Shown here piece after piece: positions 1 to 11,800 of a DNA stretch of 64,000 nt. Every line of letters begins with the position of its first letter. Position 1 is the first letter of the stretch. The notes beneath the pieces were generated by a model. It saw nothing but the letters and a program-made list of their open reading frames with translations, was not told the DNA's origin and did not search any database. The position numbers were made by a program, and so were the translations under genes. Source of the stretch: a virus; the IMG/VR virus record IMGVR_UViG_3300037071_003688, one strand, 5' to 3'.

Positions 1-1
1 C

Positions 2-397
2 GGCAGCAACGAAGCCGCCAACAAGGCACCGGCCTGCGCCGACTGCAACCAGGAGAAGGGACCGTTGACGGCCCGCGAGTACCTGTCAGCGCGTGGCAAC
101 AAAGGCGAACTCAAGGCGATGATCCGGCAGGCCAGCCGCGAGTTGATCTCCACGATGGACTTCGCCCTGGCGACCGTCGCCGCCAAGAAACGCCCCAAGA
201 TGCTGTCGAGCGCGGACGCTCTGCGGTTGCGCGCCGAAGCCGCCCGCCGCTTCGAGGAACACCGCGAGCACGAGAAGGTCAGATGGGCCGTCGAGCAGCG
301 AGCACGGGAACGTAGCCGCGTGTTCCAAGAACTGGCGGAGGCCGCTGAACAGGCACGCGCGCGAGCCAGGGCCGAAGGCCGGGCGGCAGGCACGTGA
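2..397 (+). CDS. HNH endonuclease, 5'-truncated by the window edge
   Basis: Frame open from nt 2: GSNEAANKAPACADCNQEKG matches the HNH C-terminal half (N..ACxxCNxxKG). Confidence 0.7.
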   Translation, partial: GSNEAANKAPACADCNQEKGPLTAREYLSARGNKGELKAMIRQASRELISTMDFALATVAAKKRPKMLSSADALRLRAEAARRFEEHREHEKVRWAVEQRARERSRVFQELAEAAEQARARARAEGRAAGT

Positions 398-1117
398 TGA
401 AGATCACCGATAGCCCGCATCGGCCCGGCACCCCCGAGCACGACCAGTGGGTGCGTCGCGTGTTCATCCCGACCGTCGCGCCCGAGCGGATGATCACGGA
501 CGGAGCGAAGTACGGGGCCGAGTCGCTCGGCGTTAAGCGAATCAACGGCTACAACGCCGACCTGTACGACCGGCTGGTCGCCCAGGCGAAAGCGATCGGC
601 TCCGCGTTCCGCGCTCTCGGCGACGCCGCCCACGACGCGGCCCAATCGTTCCACGCGACCGTGACGGTCCACTTCCCGGACTGGCTGCGCGACTACCTCG
701 GCGACGACGAACTGCAACGGATCTGCCGCGAGGACCATCTCGAAGACGCCCACGCCTGGTCCTACTATCAACTGACGAAGACACCGAGCCGGGCCGTGCG
801 ACGCGACCGCCAGCTTGATCACAAGCCACTCTTGACGCCGCAACCCGAGTGCCCGCGCCACGGAGGCCCGGCCTACAAGTGCCGCCCGTGTCTGAGGAGC
901 AGCCATGCCCGGCGATGACGGCCCTCCGAACTGGGACGACCCGAACTTCTGCGCCTACCACATGGCGGTCGAGGAGCCTGGCACCATCCGTTGCGGCGAA
1001 TGCTGGCACCAGTGGCCCGACGAAGCCGCCGTCGAACGCGACGTGCTCGAACTCTGGGGCGACACCATGACGTGGGATCAGATCTTCTCGTGCCCGTGGT
1101 GTTCTCACGACTTCTAG
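394..1117 (+). CDS. Two hypothetical proteins (394-918; 905-1117, Zn-ribbon)
   Basis: Overlapping start/stop coupling; CxxC pairs (CGEC, CPWC) in the second. Confidence 0.65.
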
Positions 1118-1130
1118 TCTGCGAACTATG

Positions 1131-1160
1131 TTGACAACCCTGGACGGACGGTCGTAGAAT
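1131..1160 (+). promoter_or_regulatory. Class I phage promoter TTGACA-N18-TAGAAT
   Basis: Canonical -35/-10; member of the repeated family listed at 1493. Confidence 0.75.
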
Positions 1161-1247
1161 CCTCTTGTAACCACCACACAAGAGGAGACCACCATCGACG
1201 GGCTATTCGATGCCCTGCTCCCGGTACCGCCGCTCCCGAGGCGACAC

Positions 1248-1496
1248 ATGCCGTTGGGGCCGCTACTGCGCAGGTTCGGCGACAACACCGACGCGCTCGC
1301 CAAGGCCGCAGGCGTCTCGCAACGCACCGTGCAACGCTGGTGCCGCGAGGGTCTGCCGTACATCAAAGCCGACCGTGTCTGTTGCAAGGTGAACGAGATC
1401 CCACCCCACGTCTGGCTCGACTGGGACCTCAATGACGCTGAGATCGCCGCCGCCGCGGCGTTCGTCATCCGCCTCCTCGTCGTGCAACTCTCTTGA
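1248..1496 (+). CDS. Cro/XRE-like HTH DNA-binding protein (may start at ATC 1194)
   Basis: LAKAAGVSQRTVQRW HTH signature. Confidence 0.75.
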   Translation: MPLGPLLRRFGDNTDALAKAAGVSQRTVQRWCREGLPYIKADRVCCKVNEIPPHVWLDWDLNDAEIAAAAAFVIRLLVVQLS

Positions 1497-1522
1497 CAAA
1501 CCGTGGACCATGTGCGCATAAT
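1493..1522 (+). promoter_or_regulatory. Class I promoter TTGACA-N18-CATAAT (representative of ~20 copies)
   Basis: Related -35 boxes at 1131, 1493, 9685, 11465, 12580, 14273, 17414, 18035, 21141, 22071, 23407, 25869, 26931, 28199, 30012, 38019, 58867, 60025, 60460, 61557, 63160. Spacers are 17-18 nt, and many have ATG/GTG 6-7 nt after the -10 (leaderless). Confidence 0.8.
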
Positions 1523-1549
1523 GATGGTGGACATGGAGACCACCGGACT

Positions 1550-2540
1550 GTGAAGCTCAAGCGGATGTCGACCTCGACGTACGAGACCGCCGAGTACGAG
1601 GGCTTCTACGAGGGGCGTCGAGTGCGGATCACCCGGCTCACCGACCCCAACGATGACGGCGGCTCCCCCGAGACCCGCTGGGACGGCTTCGTGTGGGACG
1701 AGGCAGGCAGAGGCCACTGGTCGCTCGTCGCCGAGTGCTATCGCACGATGACCGAAGCGGTGTACGAGACGCAACGCTGGATCAAGAAAGCGGTCGGGCT
1801 GACATGATGCTCGGCGAACGCGAGCGGCTCGTCCGCAAGGCCCGCACCGCCCACGTCTGCGACTTGGGCCACGAGTGCGTGATCGCCCCCGGCGACTCGT
1901 ACTTCATCGGCGTCACCCTGCCCGGCTCGGCGAGCTACGCCGAGGGCGACGGGAACTACGAGATCATCGACTGGCCGTTCACCGTGATGAAAGCCTGCGT
2001 CGAGCACTACAACATGGCAATGGCAGGACAACTGTGACCCACGATCTCGGATCTATGACACCCTCCGAGGCGAAGGCCACCGGCCTGCTGGTCGACTGGA
2101 AGGCGCTCAACGCCAAGCCACCCCCGCCCGGCCCGATGCACGACGAGGAAGGAAACCCATTGGAAACCACCACCCCCTGGCGCGAGATCGACGGCAAGCT
2201 GCTTGCCGCCGGACTCCACGAAGCGTTCGGCACGACCGGCGAGGTCGAGACCACCGACATCAACCCGGAGTTCGTAGAGACCCTCGCCGAGTACCTCGAT
2301 GAGGCCGATCTCATGTGCGACCATTCGGTCGGGATCTGTTGCTGCTCGGCGCGCTACACCCTCGAAGCACTCAACCTGTGGCTCGCCGGTCGTGTGTTCT
2401 GCTCGGCCTGCGGCGGCGAGGGGATCGGCGACATGCGCGAGGAACACATCGTGGATGAGGCGCTCGGGATCGACTTCACCGATCACATCGTGCTGCCGTG
2501 CTCCACGTGCGAGGGCAAGGGCACGGTGCCGTCACCATGA
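1550..2540 (+). CDS. Three small proteins (1550-1807, 1804-2037, 2034-2540); the last has a DnaJ-type Zn finger
   Basis: ATGA/GTGA coupling; CSACGGEG and CSTCEGKG repeats. Confidence 0.65.
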
Positions 2541-3517
2541 GCCGCTTGCCGATCACGGCGCTCGACACTCAACTCGATCTGTTGCGCCACTACACGAAGA
2601 ACGAGTACGGCCGTCTCTACGCCGACTCGGTGGTCGACGCCGCCCTGTACGGCGGCGGCTCCCCCGGCCAGTTCACCGAACGGGCGGGGGTCATCCATCG
2701 CGAGGAGATCGGCTACTACGTTCACCGGGCGATCCTGACCGGCGACACGTACGCGATCACGAGCGACATTGTCGACGTGCTCGAACAGATGTCACCATCG
2801 CTGCCGCGGTTCATCCTCCACGAGGACGACCTGCCGACCCCCCACGGGTTCGTGTGGCTCGAACAGTCAATCGTCGTCCCTGACGTCAAGGGCAGGAACC
2901 TCGTCGTGCGAGCGTTCGGGTGGAACACCGCTGACGTCACCTTCACCGACCCGACGTCACCCGACGAAGGCGAACGTGACCGCGCGGCGCTGATGCTCGC
3001 CTGGACCGATCCCCGCGATCCCCGCGACCACGCCTACACCGACTGGAAGGGCACCGCCGACGACCCGGACCGGTCGATCCTCGAAGCACCATCGGGTCTG
3101 CTGTCGATGTTGTGCGGGGTGTGGCCGCTGAACAAGGAATGGGATCGTGACGCAAACGCCGCCGGGATCGGCCCGTTCTGGCTGACGTTCCTGCGGTTCC
3201 TCGCGACGCCGTGGATCGCGACGGATCCGTACACACCGGAACGCCACCAGGGCAAGCGGGCGCTGCGCCAACTCGAACACGTCCCGAAGATCAACGTCGT
3301 CCAACTCCGCCGCCGCCGCGAGACCCCGGCGTCGTCGGAGCCGGGCACGATCGGCAACGTCGACTGGTCACACCGCTGGATCGTCAGCCCGCACTGGCGT
3401 GACCAGTGGTACCCGTCGCTGAACTGCCACAAGCCGATCCTCATCGCCGAGTACATCAAGGGTCCCGAGCATCTGCCGCTGGTCGTCAACGACCGGGTGT
3501 TCTCGGTCGAACGATGA
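2537..3517 (+). CDS. Conserved phage hypothetical protein
   Basis: ATGA-coupled start; C-terminal HRWIVSPHWRDQWYP...YIKGP motif seen in actinophage proteins. Confidence 0.7.
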   Translation: MSRLPITALDTQLDLLRHYTKNEYGRLYADSVVDAALYGGGSPGQFTERAGVIHREEIGYYVHRAILTGDTYAITSDIVDVLEQMSPSLPRFILHEDDLPTPHGFVWLEQSIVVPDVKGRNLVVRAFGWNTADVTFTDPTSPDEGERDRAALMLAWTDPRDPRDHAYTDWKGTADDPDRSILEAPSGLLSMLCGVWPLNKEWDRDANAAGIGPFWLTFLRFLATPWIATDPYTPERHQGKRALRQLEHVPKINVVQLRRRRETPASSEPGTIGNVDWSHRWIVSPHWRDQWYPSLNCHKPILIAEYIKGPEHLPLVVNDRVFSVER

Positions 3518-3732
3518 CGCAGATCGAGCGACCGGGACAAGACAAACCCAAACGGAAACGGCTGGTCGAGGAACCCGTCGACGTGCCATTCGGTCTCCTC
3601 GCGTTCATGGTCGGCGGCTCGGTCGGCGGCTTCCTGCAATGGGCCGGGTTCGGTCTCATCGGGTCGCTGGTGCGCATCGCCGGGTTCGCATCGCTCGCCT
3701 GGTACGTCTACATCAAAGTTCAGAAAGATTAG
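3514..3732 (+). CDS. Small membrane protein
   Basis: Two hydrophobic segments; coupled start. Confidence 0.6.
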   Translation: MTQIERPGQDKPKRKRLVEEPVDVPFGLLAFMVGGSVGGFLQWAGFGLIGSLVRIAGFASLAWYVYIKVQKD

Positions 3733-3767
3733 GGTTGCGTTTCGCCGCGAGGAGGAGTAGCTTCACA

Positions 3768-3869
3768 ACTCCCAAGCGGACACCAGGTCCCGAGTCAGAC
3801 CCCTTCGGGGGCGAGACAGAGGAACGAGGACTGTGCGGGAGATCGGACCCGGCTTCGGCCGGGTCCTTT
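3768..3869 (+). ncRNA. Putative structured sRNA with its own promoter and terminator
   Basis: TTGCGT-N17-TAGCTT (3735-3763); nested stems CTCCC/GGGAG, GTCC/GGAC, CCCC-TTCG-GGGG; ends in a terminator. Confidence 0.55.
3845..3869 (+). terminator. Intrinsic terminator
   Basis: GGACCCGGC-TTCG-GCCGGGTCC-TTT. Confidence 0.75.
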
Positions 3870-3913
3870 CGCGTTCCGGCTTGAATGTCGCCGCCTCGGA
3901 CTACGGTTACGCC

Positions 3914-5367
3914 ATGACTGTGAGCGTCACTGTCCGCATGTCCACACCGCCGACCCCGAGCCGTCTCTGCCAAGCACAGACGTTCATGACGGGCGTGAAC
4001 GCGTGGGGTGATCGCCCCGCCATCGAGGCGCACCACGCGCCGTGTCGGGCCGGGGCGAGCGCCTGGGTCACCGAGGTCGACTACTGCTGGGGTCACATGC
4101 CTGCCGAATGGCGGATCGTCGCCGAGCGACGCCACGAACTGTGGGCCGAGCACGCCCCCCAACTGTGGGCCGAGATCTGCATCGAGATCCCCGGGCCATG
4201 AACGAACTCGTCAACGACCGCCTGGAAACGGTCCGCCGCTACGAGGTGCGCACGACCTGCGACCGCTGCAAGGCGGTGATCCAGCCCCCGAGATCGGGCG
4301 ACTTCGACACGACCACCATCGTCAACGAGTCCGGCTCCTCGTACGAGGACTTCTACGACTCCCAGTTGGAGGGCGTCGACTGCTGCGTCGACTGCTGGGA
4401 GTTGGTCCGCGCCGCGCTCGTGGAACTCGGCTTCACCATCCGCGCTTGGGAGCACGATCGCGAGACCCGCGCCACGTACAGCGTCGACGGTCGACCGCAC
4501 ACGTTCGAGGCTGTCGAGTGATCGACATCGAGGCGCTCGCCGCCGAGCCGCCGTTGCTCGATGAGATCGAGTTCACGAAGCTCTGCGAGGAAGCCCTCAC
4601 CGCATTCCGCTCCGACCGCTCCTGGCCGACCGACGTCCCGTACCCGGGCTGCCACACCATAATCCTCGGCCCCGCCGGTGTGTACGGCTTCCCAGTGTGG
4701 TCTGAGGGCCGCTACAGCGACCTGTCGTTACGCGAGGCCCGGATGATGGCCCGCATCCTCCACGAGCGCCTGGGACTCATCTACGACCCACAGAGCCGTG
4801 ATCCCGGGTGGGCAGAGGTCGCCACCGGCCGCTTCCTGGTCAACTCGGTCAACGCCGAGGTCGTCCCCTGCCCGTACCCACGATGACTGAGTCGAAGTGG
4901 ATCACCATCGAGCACCGAGGAACCTCGGCGTCCGGCAAGACCGACGTGTGGACCGTGCGCCCCAACGAGGCCGACGAAGTGATCGGCGTGATCTCGTGGT
5001 TCGGCCGCTGGCGCCGCTACGCGTTCTTCCCGGCCAACAACACCGTGTTCGAGCAGGACTGCCTGCGCGACATCGCCAACTTCTGCGAGCACGCAACCAA
5101 GGCCAGAATGTCACCCCCTCCTGTCAAGATGACCACATGATCGAGTTCGACGCCGACCCCGTGATGCTGTCCACCATCGTCATCGGCGAGATCGGGCAAC
5201 GCCTCGACCACGCCGACACCCCGTCGCTCTGGGTGCTCGTGCCATCAGGATCCGCCGTGGCGCACGTGCTCCTGATCCGCGAGTTGCTCCCCAAGCTGGG
5301 CTTCAAGGTGAACGTCGGCTACCACGACGACGGAGTGCCGAAGGTCTACGTGGTAGCCGATGGGTGA
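3914..5367 (+). CDS. Five coupled hypothetical proteins (3914-4201, 4198-4521, 4518-4886, 4883-5140, 5137-5367)
   Basis: Chain of 4-nt start/stop overlaps; GC-rich third positions. Confidence 0.65.
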
Positions 5368-6115
5368 CAAGACGAAGATCGAATGGAGCGACGCGACTTG
5401 GAACCCGACGAGTGGCTGCGACCGGGTGTCGGAGGGCTGCGACCATTGCTACGCGATGACCCAAGCCGTCCGCTTGAAAGCGATGGGATCCGCCAACTAC
5501 CAGAACGACGGCGACCCACGCACCTCGGGTCCCGGCTTCCGCCTCACCGAACACCCGCACATGCTCGGCCTGCCGCTGCACTGGAAACGGCCACGCCGGA
5601 TCTTCGTCAACTCGATGTCGGACCTGTTCCACCCGGACGTCTCCAACCAGTTCATCGGCGAGGTGTGGCGCACCATGTCGACCGCGCAGCAACACATCTT
5701 CCAGATCCTCACGAAACGCCCGCGGCGGATGGCGCGCTGGGTCAACGCTTGGTACGACGGCCACCCGCCATTGCCGAACGTGTGGTTGGGCACGTCGATC
5801 GAACTCGACAAGTACAGCTTCCGCACGACGTGGCTGCGCGCCGCCCCGGCGGCAGTCCGCTTCATCTCCGCCGAGCCGCTGCTCGGCCCACTCCCATCGC
5901 TCGACCTGACCGGCATCGACTGGCTGATCGTCGGCGCCGAGAGCGGCCACGGTGCCCGACGCATGTCCGACGAATGGGCGCGCGACCTGCGCGGCATGTG
6001 CGAGCGGGCGGGGACGGCGTTCTTCGTGAAGCAACTGTCCGGGGTCGCCCCACACGCCGTCAAGGACATCGACCTGTTCCCCGGCGACCTGCGCGTCCGC
6101 GAGTACCCGTCGTGA
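5360..6115 (+). CDS. Phage Gp37/Gp68 family protein (DUF5131)
   Basis: TKIEWSDATWNPTSGC..VSEGCDHCYA, IFVNSMSDLFH, QILTKRP, FISAEPLL, DWLIVGAESG. Confidence 0.92.
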   Translation: MGDKTKIEWSDATWNPTSGCDRVSEGCDHCYAMTQAVRLKAMGSANYQNDGDPRTSGPGFRLTEHPHMLGLPLHWKRPRRIFVNSMSDLFHPDVSNQFIGEVWRTMSTAQQHIFQILTKRPRRMARWVNAWYDGHPPLPNVWLGTSIELDKYSFRTTWLRAAPAAVRFISAEPLLGPLPSLDLTGIDWLIVGAESGHGARRMSDEWARDLRGMCERAGTAFFVKQLSGVAPHAVKDIDLFPGDLRVREYPS

Positions 6116-6278
6116 CGTTCCGGGCCGGGATGCTCGTGCTCGTCTGCGCCATCGTGCTCGTGCTCGTCGCCGTGCGCTCGGCGTGGGAGGGCTACCTCGT
6201 GACTGCTGTCGTGCTGGTCGGCATCGCGCTCGCCGCCGCGGTATCCGTCGCCGTGACCGTGCTGAAAGGGAGAGATTG

Positions 6279-6707
6279 GTGAACGCACCCGTACACATCC
6301 GATGGACCGGCCGCATCGCGGGATACCTCTGCGACTTCAACCATCCGATCGAACACGGCGACCGCGTGATCACGTGGCCGCACACACACGACGACTACGC
6401 GACGTTCCGCCACGAAGCTCGTGGCCGAATCTCGATCGGCGCCCACCCGTCGCTCAGGCTCCCCTGGAACGAAGCGGTCGTCCACTACGACCGCCTGCCG
6501 ACCCTGGCCCGCCACATCCAGATCGGCGAGGACCAGTTCGGCATCTGGATCGCCGGGCGCGTCAACCTGTGGAACTGGATGTGGCACTACCACTTCAAGC
6601 AACCCGACCTGTCCCCCGACTGGCGACAACTCGGAGGCCACCTCGATCTCGTCGCGATCCTCGCCATCGCCAAACCCAAGCCCGTGTTCGCAGGGAGCCA
6701 CCGATGA
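6279..6707 (+). CDS. Short homolog of the actinophage capsid maturation (prohead) protease
   Basis: DYATF, GRISIGAH, HYD, GEDQFGIWIAG, LSPDWR..GGHLDLVAILAI recall the GEDxHGIWVAG/LSGDWR..G.LELVA motifs of that family. Confidence 0.55.
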   Translation: MNAPVHIRWTGRIAGYLCDFNHPIEHGDRVITWPHTHDDYATFRHEARGRISIGAHPSLRLPWNEAVVHYDRLPTLARHIQIGEDQFGIWIAGRVNLWNWMWHYHFKQPDLSPDWRQLGGHLDLVAILAIAKPKPVFAGSHR

Positions 6708-8206
6708 ACCTTGTCGATGTCCGGTGGCGTCTGTGGCGCCCGTTCTGCTGGCATCCGCTGCGGCGGCAGATCTCGATCAACTTCGAGGGCGCGCGCTCGA
6801 CCGGCTGCCAACGATGCGGCCTGTGGCTACGCCGCGACGGCACATGGGCAGAGACTGACCGATGAACATGCTCGTGATCCGCGACGCCGATGGGATCGAC
6901 CATCGACGCGACCCGCACAGTGTCAGCGGCTACAACTCGTGGCGGTTCCCCGAGATCATCAACGAGTTGGACAAGCTCTACGGCCGCAAGATCATGTCGG
7001 CGCGCATGGACGGCCAGGACCCGTTCTGGACCCGGCCCGAGAACATGGACGCCAAGATCGAGGCGATGCTGCGCTACCAGTTCGAGAAGGAACGCCTCGA
7101 CCGGGTGGTCGCCGCCCTGCCCGAGCTACAGGCCCGCTGCGCCCTGTGGCGCACCGACAAGGACAAGGCGTCATGGGTGCCGCCCACCTCGATCAACGTC
7201 GCCTACAAAGCCTGGGAGGAGAGCGGCGAGTTCGGGCGCGCCGTGCTCGCCATCGAAGAACACCGCGAGGGCCGCGGCGACCCGTTCCAAGAGGCCGCGC
7301 AAACCGTGCTTGTGCTGCTCACCTGGTTCGGGATCCACCATCCCGACCGCGACCTGTTGACCGAAGTCCTCAACGAGATGGAAAGGTGCGGAGCATGAGC
7401 AGCCGGTCCGACCGACAATCGTTACTGCGCGACGGCGAGCGGCTGATGCGCTGGAAGATGGAAGCGATGGAGGTACTCGGCCGCTGGGAGCTAGTCGCCG
7501 CCAAAGTCCCCAAGGACTACATCCGGCTCGGCGAGAACAAGTCCGAAGGAACCGGCCGATACATCGAGCACCTCGAAGCCCGCATCGCCGAGTTGGAAGC
7601 GATCCCGCCGCACCCCGCGTTCCTGGCGTACGTGATCACCGACCCGTCCAAGGGTGGAGGAGTCATCGTCAAGACCGAGACCGGCTGGGTTCACGTCGGC
7701 CCCGAACCGCCCGTCCCGATCGACGCCAAGTGGGGCGACAAAGCATGGGAGCACTTCCGTGACATCGGCCCCCTCGGTCAGAGCGAGACACCATGAGTGC
7801 ACGCGACGACTACCCGCTGCTCGCCGCCCGCGAGACCGTCATCCGGTTCGGCATGGAGCAGACCGCCGAACAGTTGACCAGGGCGCTCGATGAGATCGAC
7901 CGGCTCCGCGCCGAGTGCGCTGCGTGGATGAACGGTGTCGCCGACGCCGTCGAACCGATCGGCTACAACCGCGAAGCCGCGTGCGGTCCCTCCGACCTAC
8001 TCCCCGGGCTGCAAGATCTGACTAGGTCCCCGTACCACGAACGCAAGACGTTCGACCGGTTCAAGTACGCCGAGGAACTCGTCCACTACACCCTCGACCA
8101 ACAGGATGTCACCGAGTGGCGGATCTCCCGCGACCCGGACGAGACCTACGAGGAGGACGGCGAAACCTACACCCGTCCGGTGTACGTCGTGGAGTGGACT
8201 CGGTAG
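6704..8206 (+). CDS. Four coupled hypothetical proteins (6704-6865, 6862-7398, 7395-7796, 7793-8206)
   Basis: ATGA overlaps, codon bias. Confidence 0.6.
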
Positions 8207-8833
8207 ATGATCTGGTTCACCTCCGACTGGCATCTCGGCCACGGTCGTATCTGCGAACTCGCCAACCGGCCGTTCGATGACACGCGCACCATGAACCACT
8301 GGCTGATCGAATCAGCGAACCGCGACACACACCCGCTGGACACGCTCATCTTCCTCGGTGACGCGGCGATGGGCACGATGGCCGAGACCCTCCCGTTGTT
8401 CAAGCAGGTCCACTGCCGCCTGGTGTTGAAGCCCGGCAACCATGACCGCTGCTCACCGCTGTACGAGGGCTACACCGGCAAACCCCCGGAGAAGGTCGCC
8501 GCGCTCGTCGCCGAGTGGACCGCCCGCTACGAGGAAGTCGGCTTCGAGGTCACCGACCACAACTCGTTCTCGAACAACGACTACGACGTGTGGATGTCAC
8601 ACTTCCCGTACGAAGGCGACAGGACTGCGGAGGATCGGTTCGTCGCGGCGCGCCCGAAGGACAAGGGCGAGTGGTTGCTGCACGGCCACACTCACGGCCT
8701 GTGGCGCCAACGCGGCAAGCAGATCGACGTCGGTGTCGACGCCTGGGCCGGACGGCTCGTCTCACAGAACATGATCGCCGGAATGATCCACGCCGGTCCC
8801 GGCCTCCTCGACGCGCTCCCGTGGGCAGCATGA
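8207..8833 (+). CDS. Calcineurin-like metallophosphoesterase
   Basis: SDWHLGH, LGD, GNHD, SHFP, LHGHTH, DVGVD. Confidence 0.9.
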   Translation: MIWFTSDWHLGHGRICELANRPFDDTRTMNHWLIESANRDTHPLDTLIFLGDAAMGTMAETLPLFKQVHCRLVLKPGNHDRCSPLYEGYTGKPPEKVAALVAEWTARYEEVGFEVTDHNSFSNNDYDVWMSHFPYEGDRTAEDRFVAARPKDKGEWLLHGHTHGLWRQRGKQIDVGVDAWAGRLVSQNMIAGMIHAGPGLLDALPWAA

Positions 8834-11800
8834 ACCGCGGCCAAGTCGTGCTGCGCGTCGACGTGGGCGGTCCCCCGATCGAATACTTCGCCGACCAGGT
8901 CACTCGGGTCGTCGCCTACAACCCGTCGAGTCTCGACGCGTTCGAGTTCGTCAAGGACCCGGACGAGTACGTCTGGACGTTCGAGTCGGATGGTCGCGAC
9001 ATCTTCGTGGAGGAAGTCCTCGTCTACATCGACGGCACCGACCTGTTCACCCGCCACCCGGTGAACACCGAGTTCAACGCCCGGCTCACCATCGACCTGC
9101 GCACCCAAGGCGTCCACAAGGGCACGTCGCCCCGAGTCGATCGGATCAAGGGATGATCGAACGCATCAAGGTCGACGCCCTGCGCACAGTCCACCCGGGC
9201 GGACGCATCGAGATCACCCCGATCATCTTCGACGCGGACGGCGCAGCCGAGTGCTACGAACCGGCCACCGGCGGACCGCCATACGACCTCGGATACCTGG
9301 ACTACCTCATCAAGCTCAACCGCGACTGGGCCGACGCCCCGCCGTACACCGCCGACACCATCGCCTGGATGGAAGCATTGAGAGCGATGGTCGTGGATCA
9401 CCAAGCTGGTCGACTGTGAAGATCCGACTGACGTGGCCCGCCGAGCCACACACCCGCTACGCCCAGTCCGCATTCGACGCGCAGGTCGGCAAACTCATCA
9501 AGCTCAACGTCGAAGGCATCGACACACCGTTCCCCGCCATACTGCGAGCGGCGACTGTCGGCGAGAACGGCCACGCCGCCGAGTTCGAGTTCGAGATCGA
9601 AGACCCGGCCGCGTGCGTCGTGCTGTCCGCCTACGTCGCCACCGGCGCAGTCAACAACCTCTCCATCGTGAACGATCAAGATAGTTGACAAACCGTAGAC
9701 CAGATGAGACAATCAAGGCATGGAAACCACCACGTACGAAACCTGGACGAAGGAAGGTCGTAGCTTCGTCCTCGTCCCTGTCGACATGGCTGCGCGAGAG
9801 GCCGCGTTTCTCGCTGAACTGAGCGACGAAGACGCCGCCATGTGGGAGCCGTGGTACCCGGACTTCCCGGGTGAGCGTGCCCCTGTCGCCTACGAACTCC
9901 ACGACGAGGCCGGTGAGGTCGCCTGGGAGCGCACCATCCGCCCGCTCGATCCGTGGTCGGCGTACGACGCAGTGTCGGACGTCCTGCTCCGCGAGGGCTT
10001 CACCCCGCCGCCCGGCCCCGACCGCGGCTTCTGCGAACACGGCATGTCAGCCGATCTGTGCGAAGGCCCGAACCACTACGGCTACGACGACGAGGATCGG
10101 TTCTAGATGACCGGCGATCTCATCACACTCCCCGTCGCCCCGGCGTACGAGGCGATCATGAACGCCCTCACCGAGGAGGAACTGTTCGCGCTGGTCGAAG
10201 CACTCTCGCTCGTCTCAACCGCGTCGGCTGAGAACGATCGGATGCGCACCGCCATCATCCGCGAACTCTCGATCCGAGAGGCATACATCCGCGGCGCCAA
10301 GCGCCGCCATCCGAGCGGAGGCTCCACCTGATGCAAGAGAAGATCGCCAAGATCACCGGCACGTTCCTCGGGTGGGAGGACCACGGGATCCTGACCGCCA
10401 TGCTCGACCTCGACTACGGCGGCGGAGGCTGCCAGTCGACGCCCGGTCATTTCCTCGACCGCTCAACGGGCCACGACGGCGACTACCTGTTCAGCCGTGA
10501 GGGCACCGCCTACGGGATGACGTTCGTCGCCCGACTGATCAAGGCGTGCGGCGTGCGACGGTGGGAGGACATCAAGGGCCGCACCATCATCGCTCTCATC
10601 GAGGATGACCGTGTCGTCGGGATCAAGCCGCTCCCAACCGAACGCGGCGAGCCGTTCATGTTCGCCGACCTGCGCGCCAGGTTCGAGGCGGAGGCCCGAT
10701 GACCCACGGCATCTGGGGCATGGCGTGCTTCAACGGCCTGTCGGCCGATCAGCAACGATTCGTGGTCGAGGAGGGCTACCTGCCGTTCGGCTACAAGCCC
10801 GAAGGCACCTGCAAGCGCGGCGCCGAGATCGGCATCGAAACCTGGGACGACACCAAGCCCGGCCCCCGCTTCTACTGCCGACCATGCGCGATCGCGTTCC
10901 TCGAAGCCGGACGCTGCGACTGCCACGTCGGCTCAGGCGAAGGCGCCTGGCGCGAGACCCACGACTACGACTGCGCGACGCTGCGCACACTGAGGAGCTT
11001 CGCATGATCACACTCACCACCTCGAAGCCGACATACCGATCGAAGGTCGTCGCCGAAGTCGACTTCCCCGTGCTCGCCTACCTTGAGCACGAGACCGCCG
11101 ACCGACGCCGCTTGCGCCGCCACAAGGGCGACATAGCGGTGCGGCTCCCGGCCCCGATCATGACCGACTACGGCCGAGGCCCGAAGCGTCCCGGTGTCTC
11201 CGAGATCGGCAAGTACCGGATGATCGGCGCGCTGCTCACCGTCACCATCGGCGAGGACTCGATGACCGGCACCGGCGTCCTCTACAAGACGCTCCCCGAG
11301 GTCGTCCACTTCTGGCCCGCCATCGACCTCGACCGGACCACGGTCAAGGGCTACAAGAACGGCCGCTCCGACATCCTCGACTGGACGCTCGTCGCGGTCA
11401 CGCTGCACGACTACCCCCCGGCCTGGCCCGACATCCCACGCGCCCGCATCACCCGGCAAATGAGTTGACAGACCGGCGACGGGCGGTGTAAAGTTAAGAC
11501 GTGAGGGGGAGGACCCCTCGGAAAGGAAACCACCATGACAGATGCCGAAATGGCCGAGATGGATGCCTTCGTGGCCGATCTCGGATACCGCAACGAGGTG
11601 CGAGCAGCGATGCTCGCCCACATCGGCCGGATCAACATCCTGTCGATCTCCGGTGGCCGCATCGAGTGGCTCGATGACTTCACCGTCAAGCTGCCGATCA
11701 GTAACGGCTACGCAGTCGAGGTCGAGTACGACCGAGGCTGGGACCTGTACACCGTGCGCCGGACCTTCACCCGCCGCCCGAAGTGGACGGTCGACAACCC

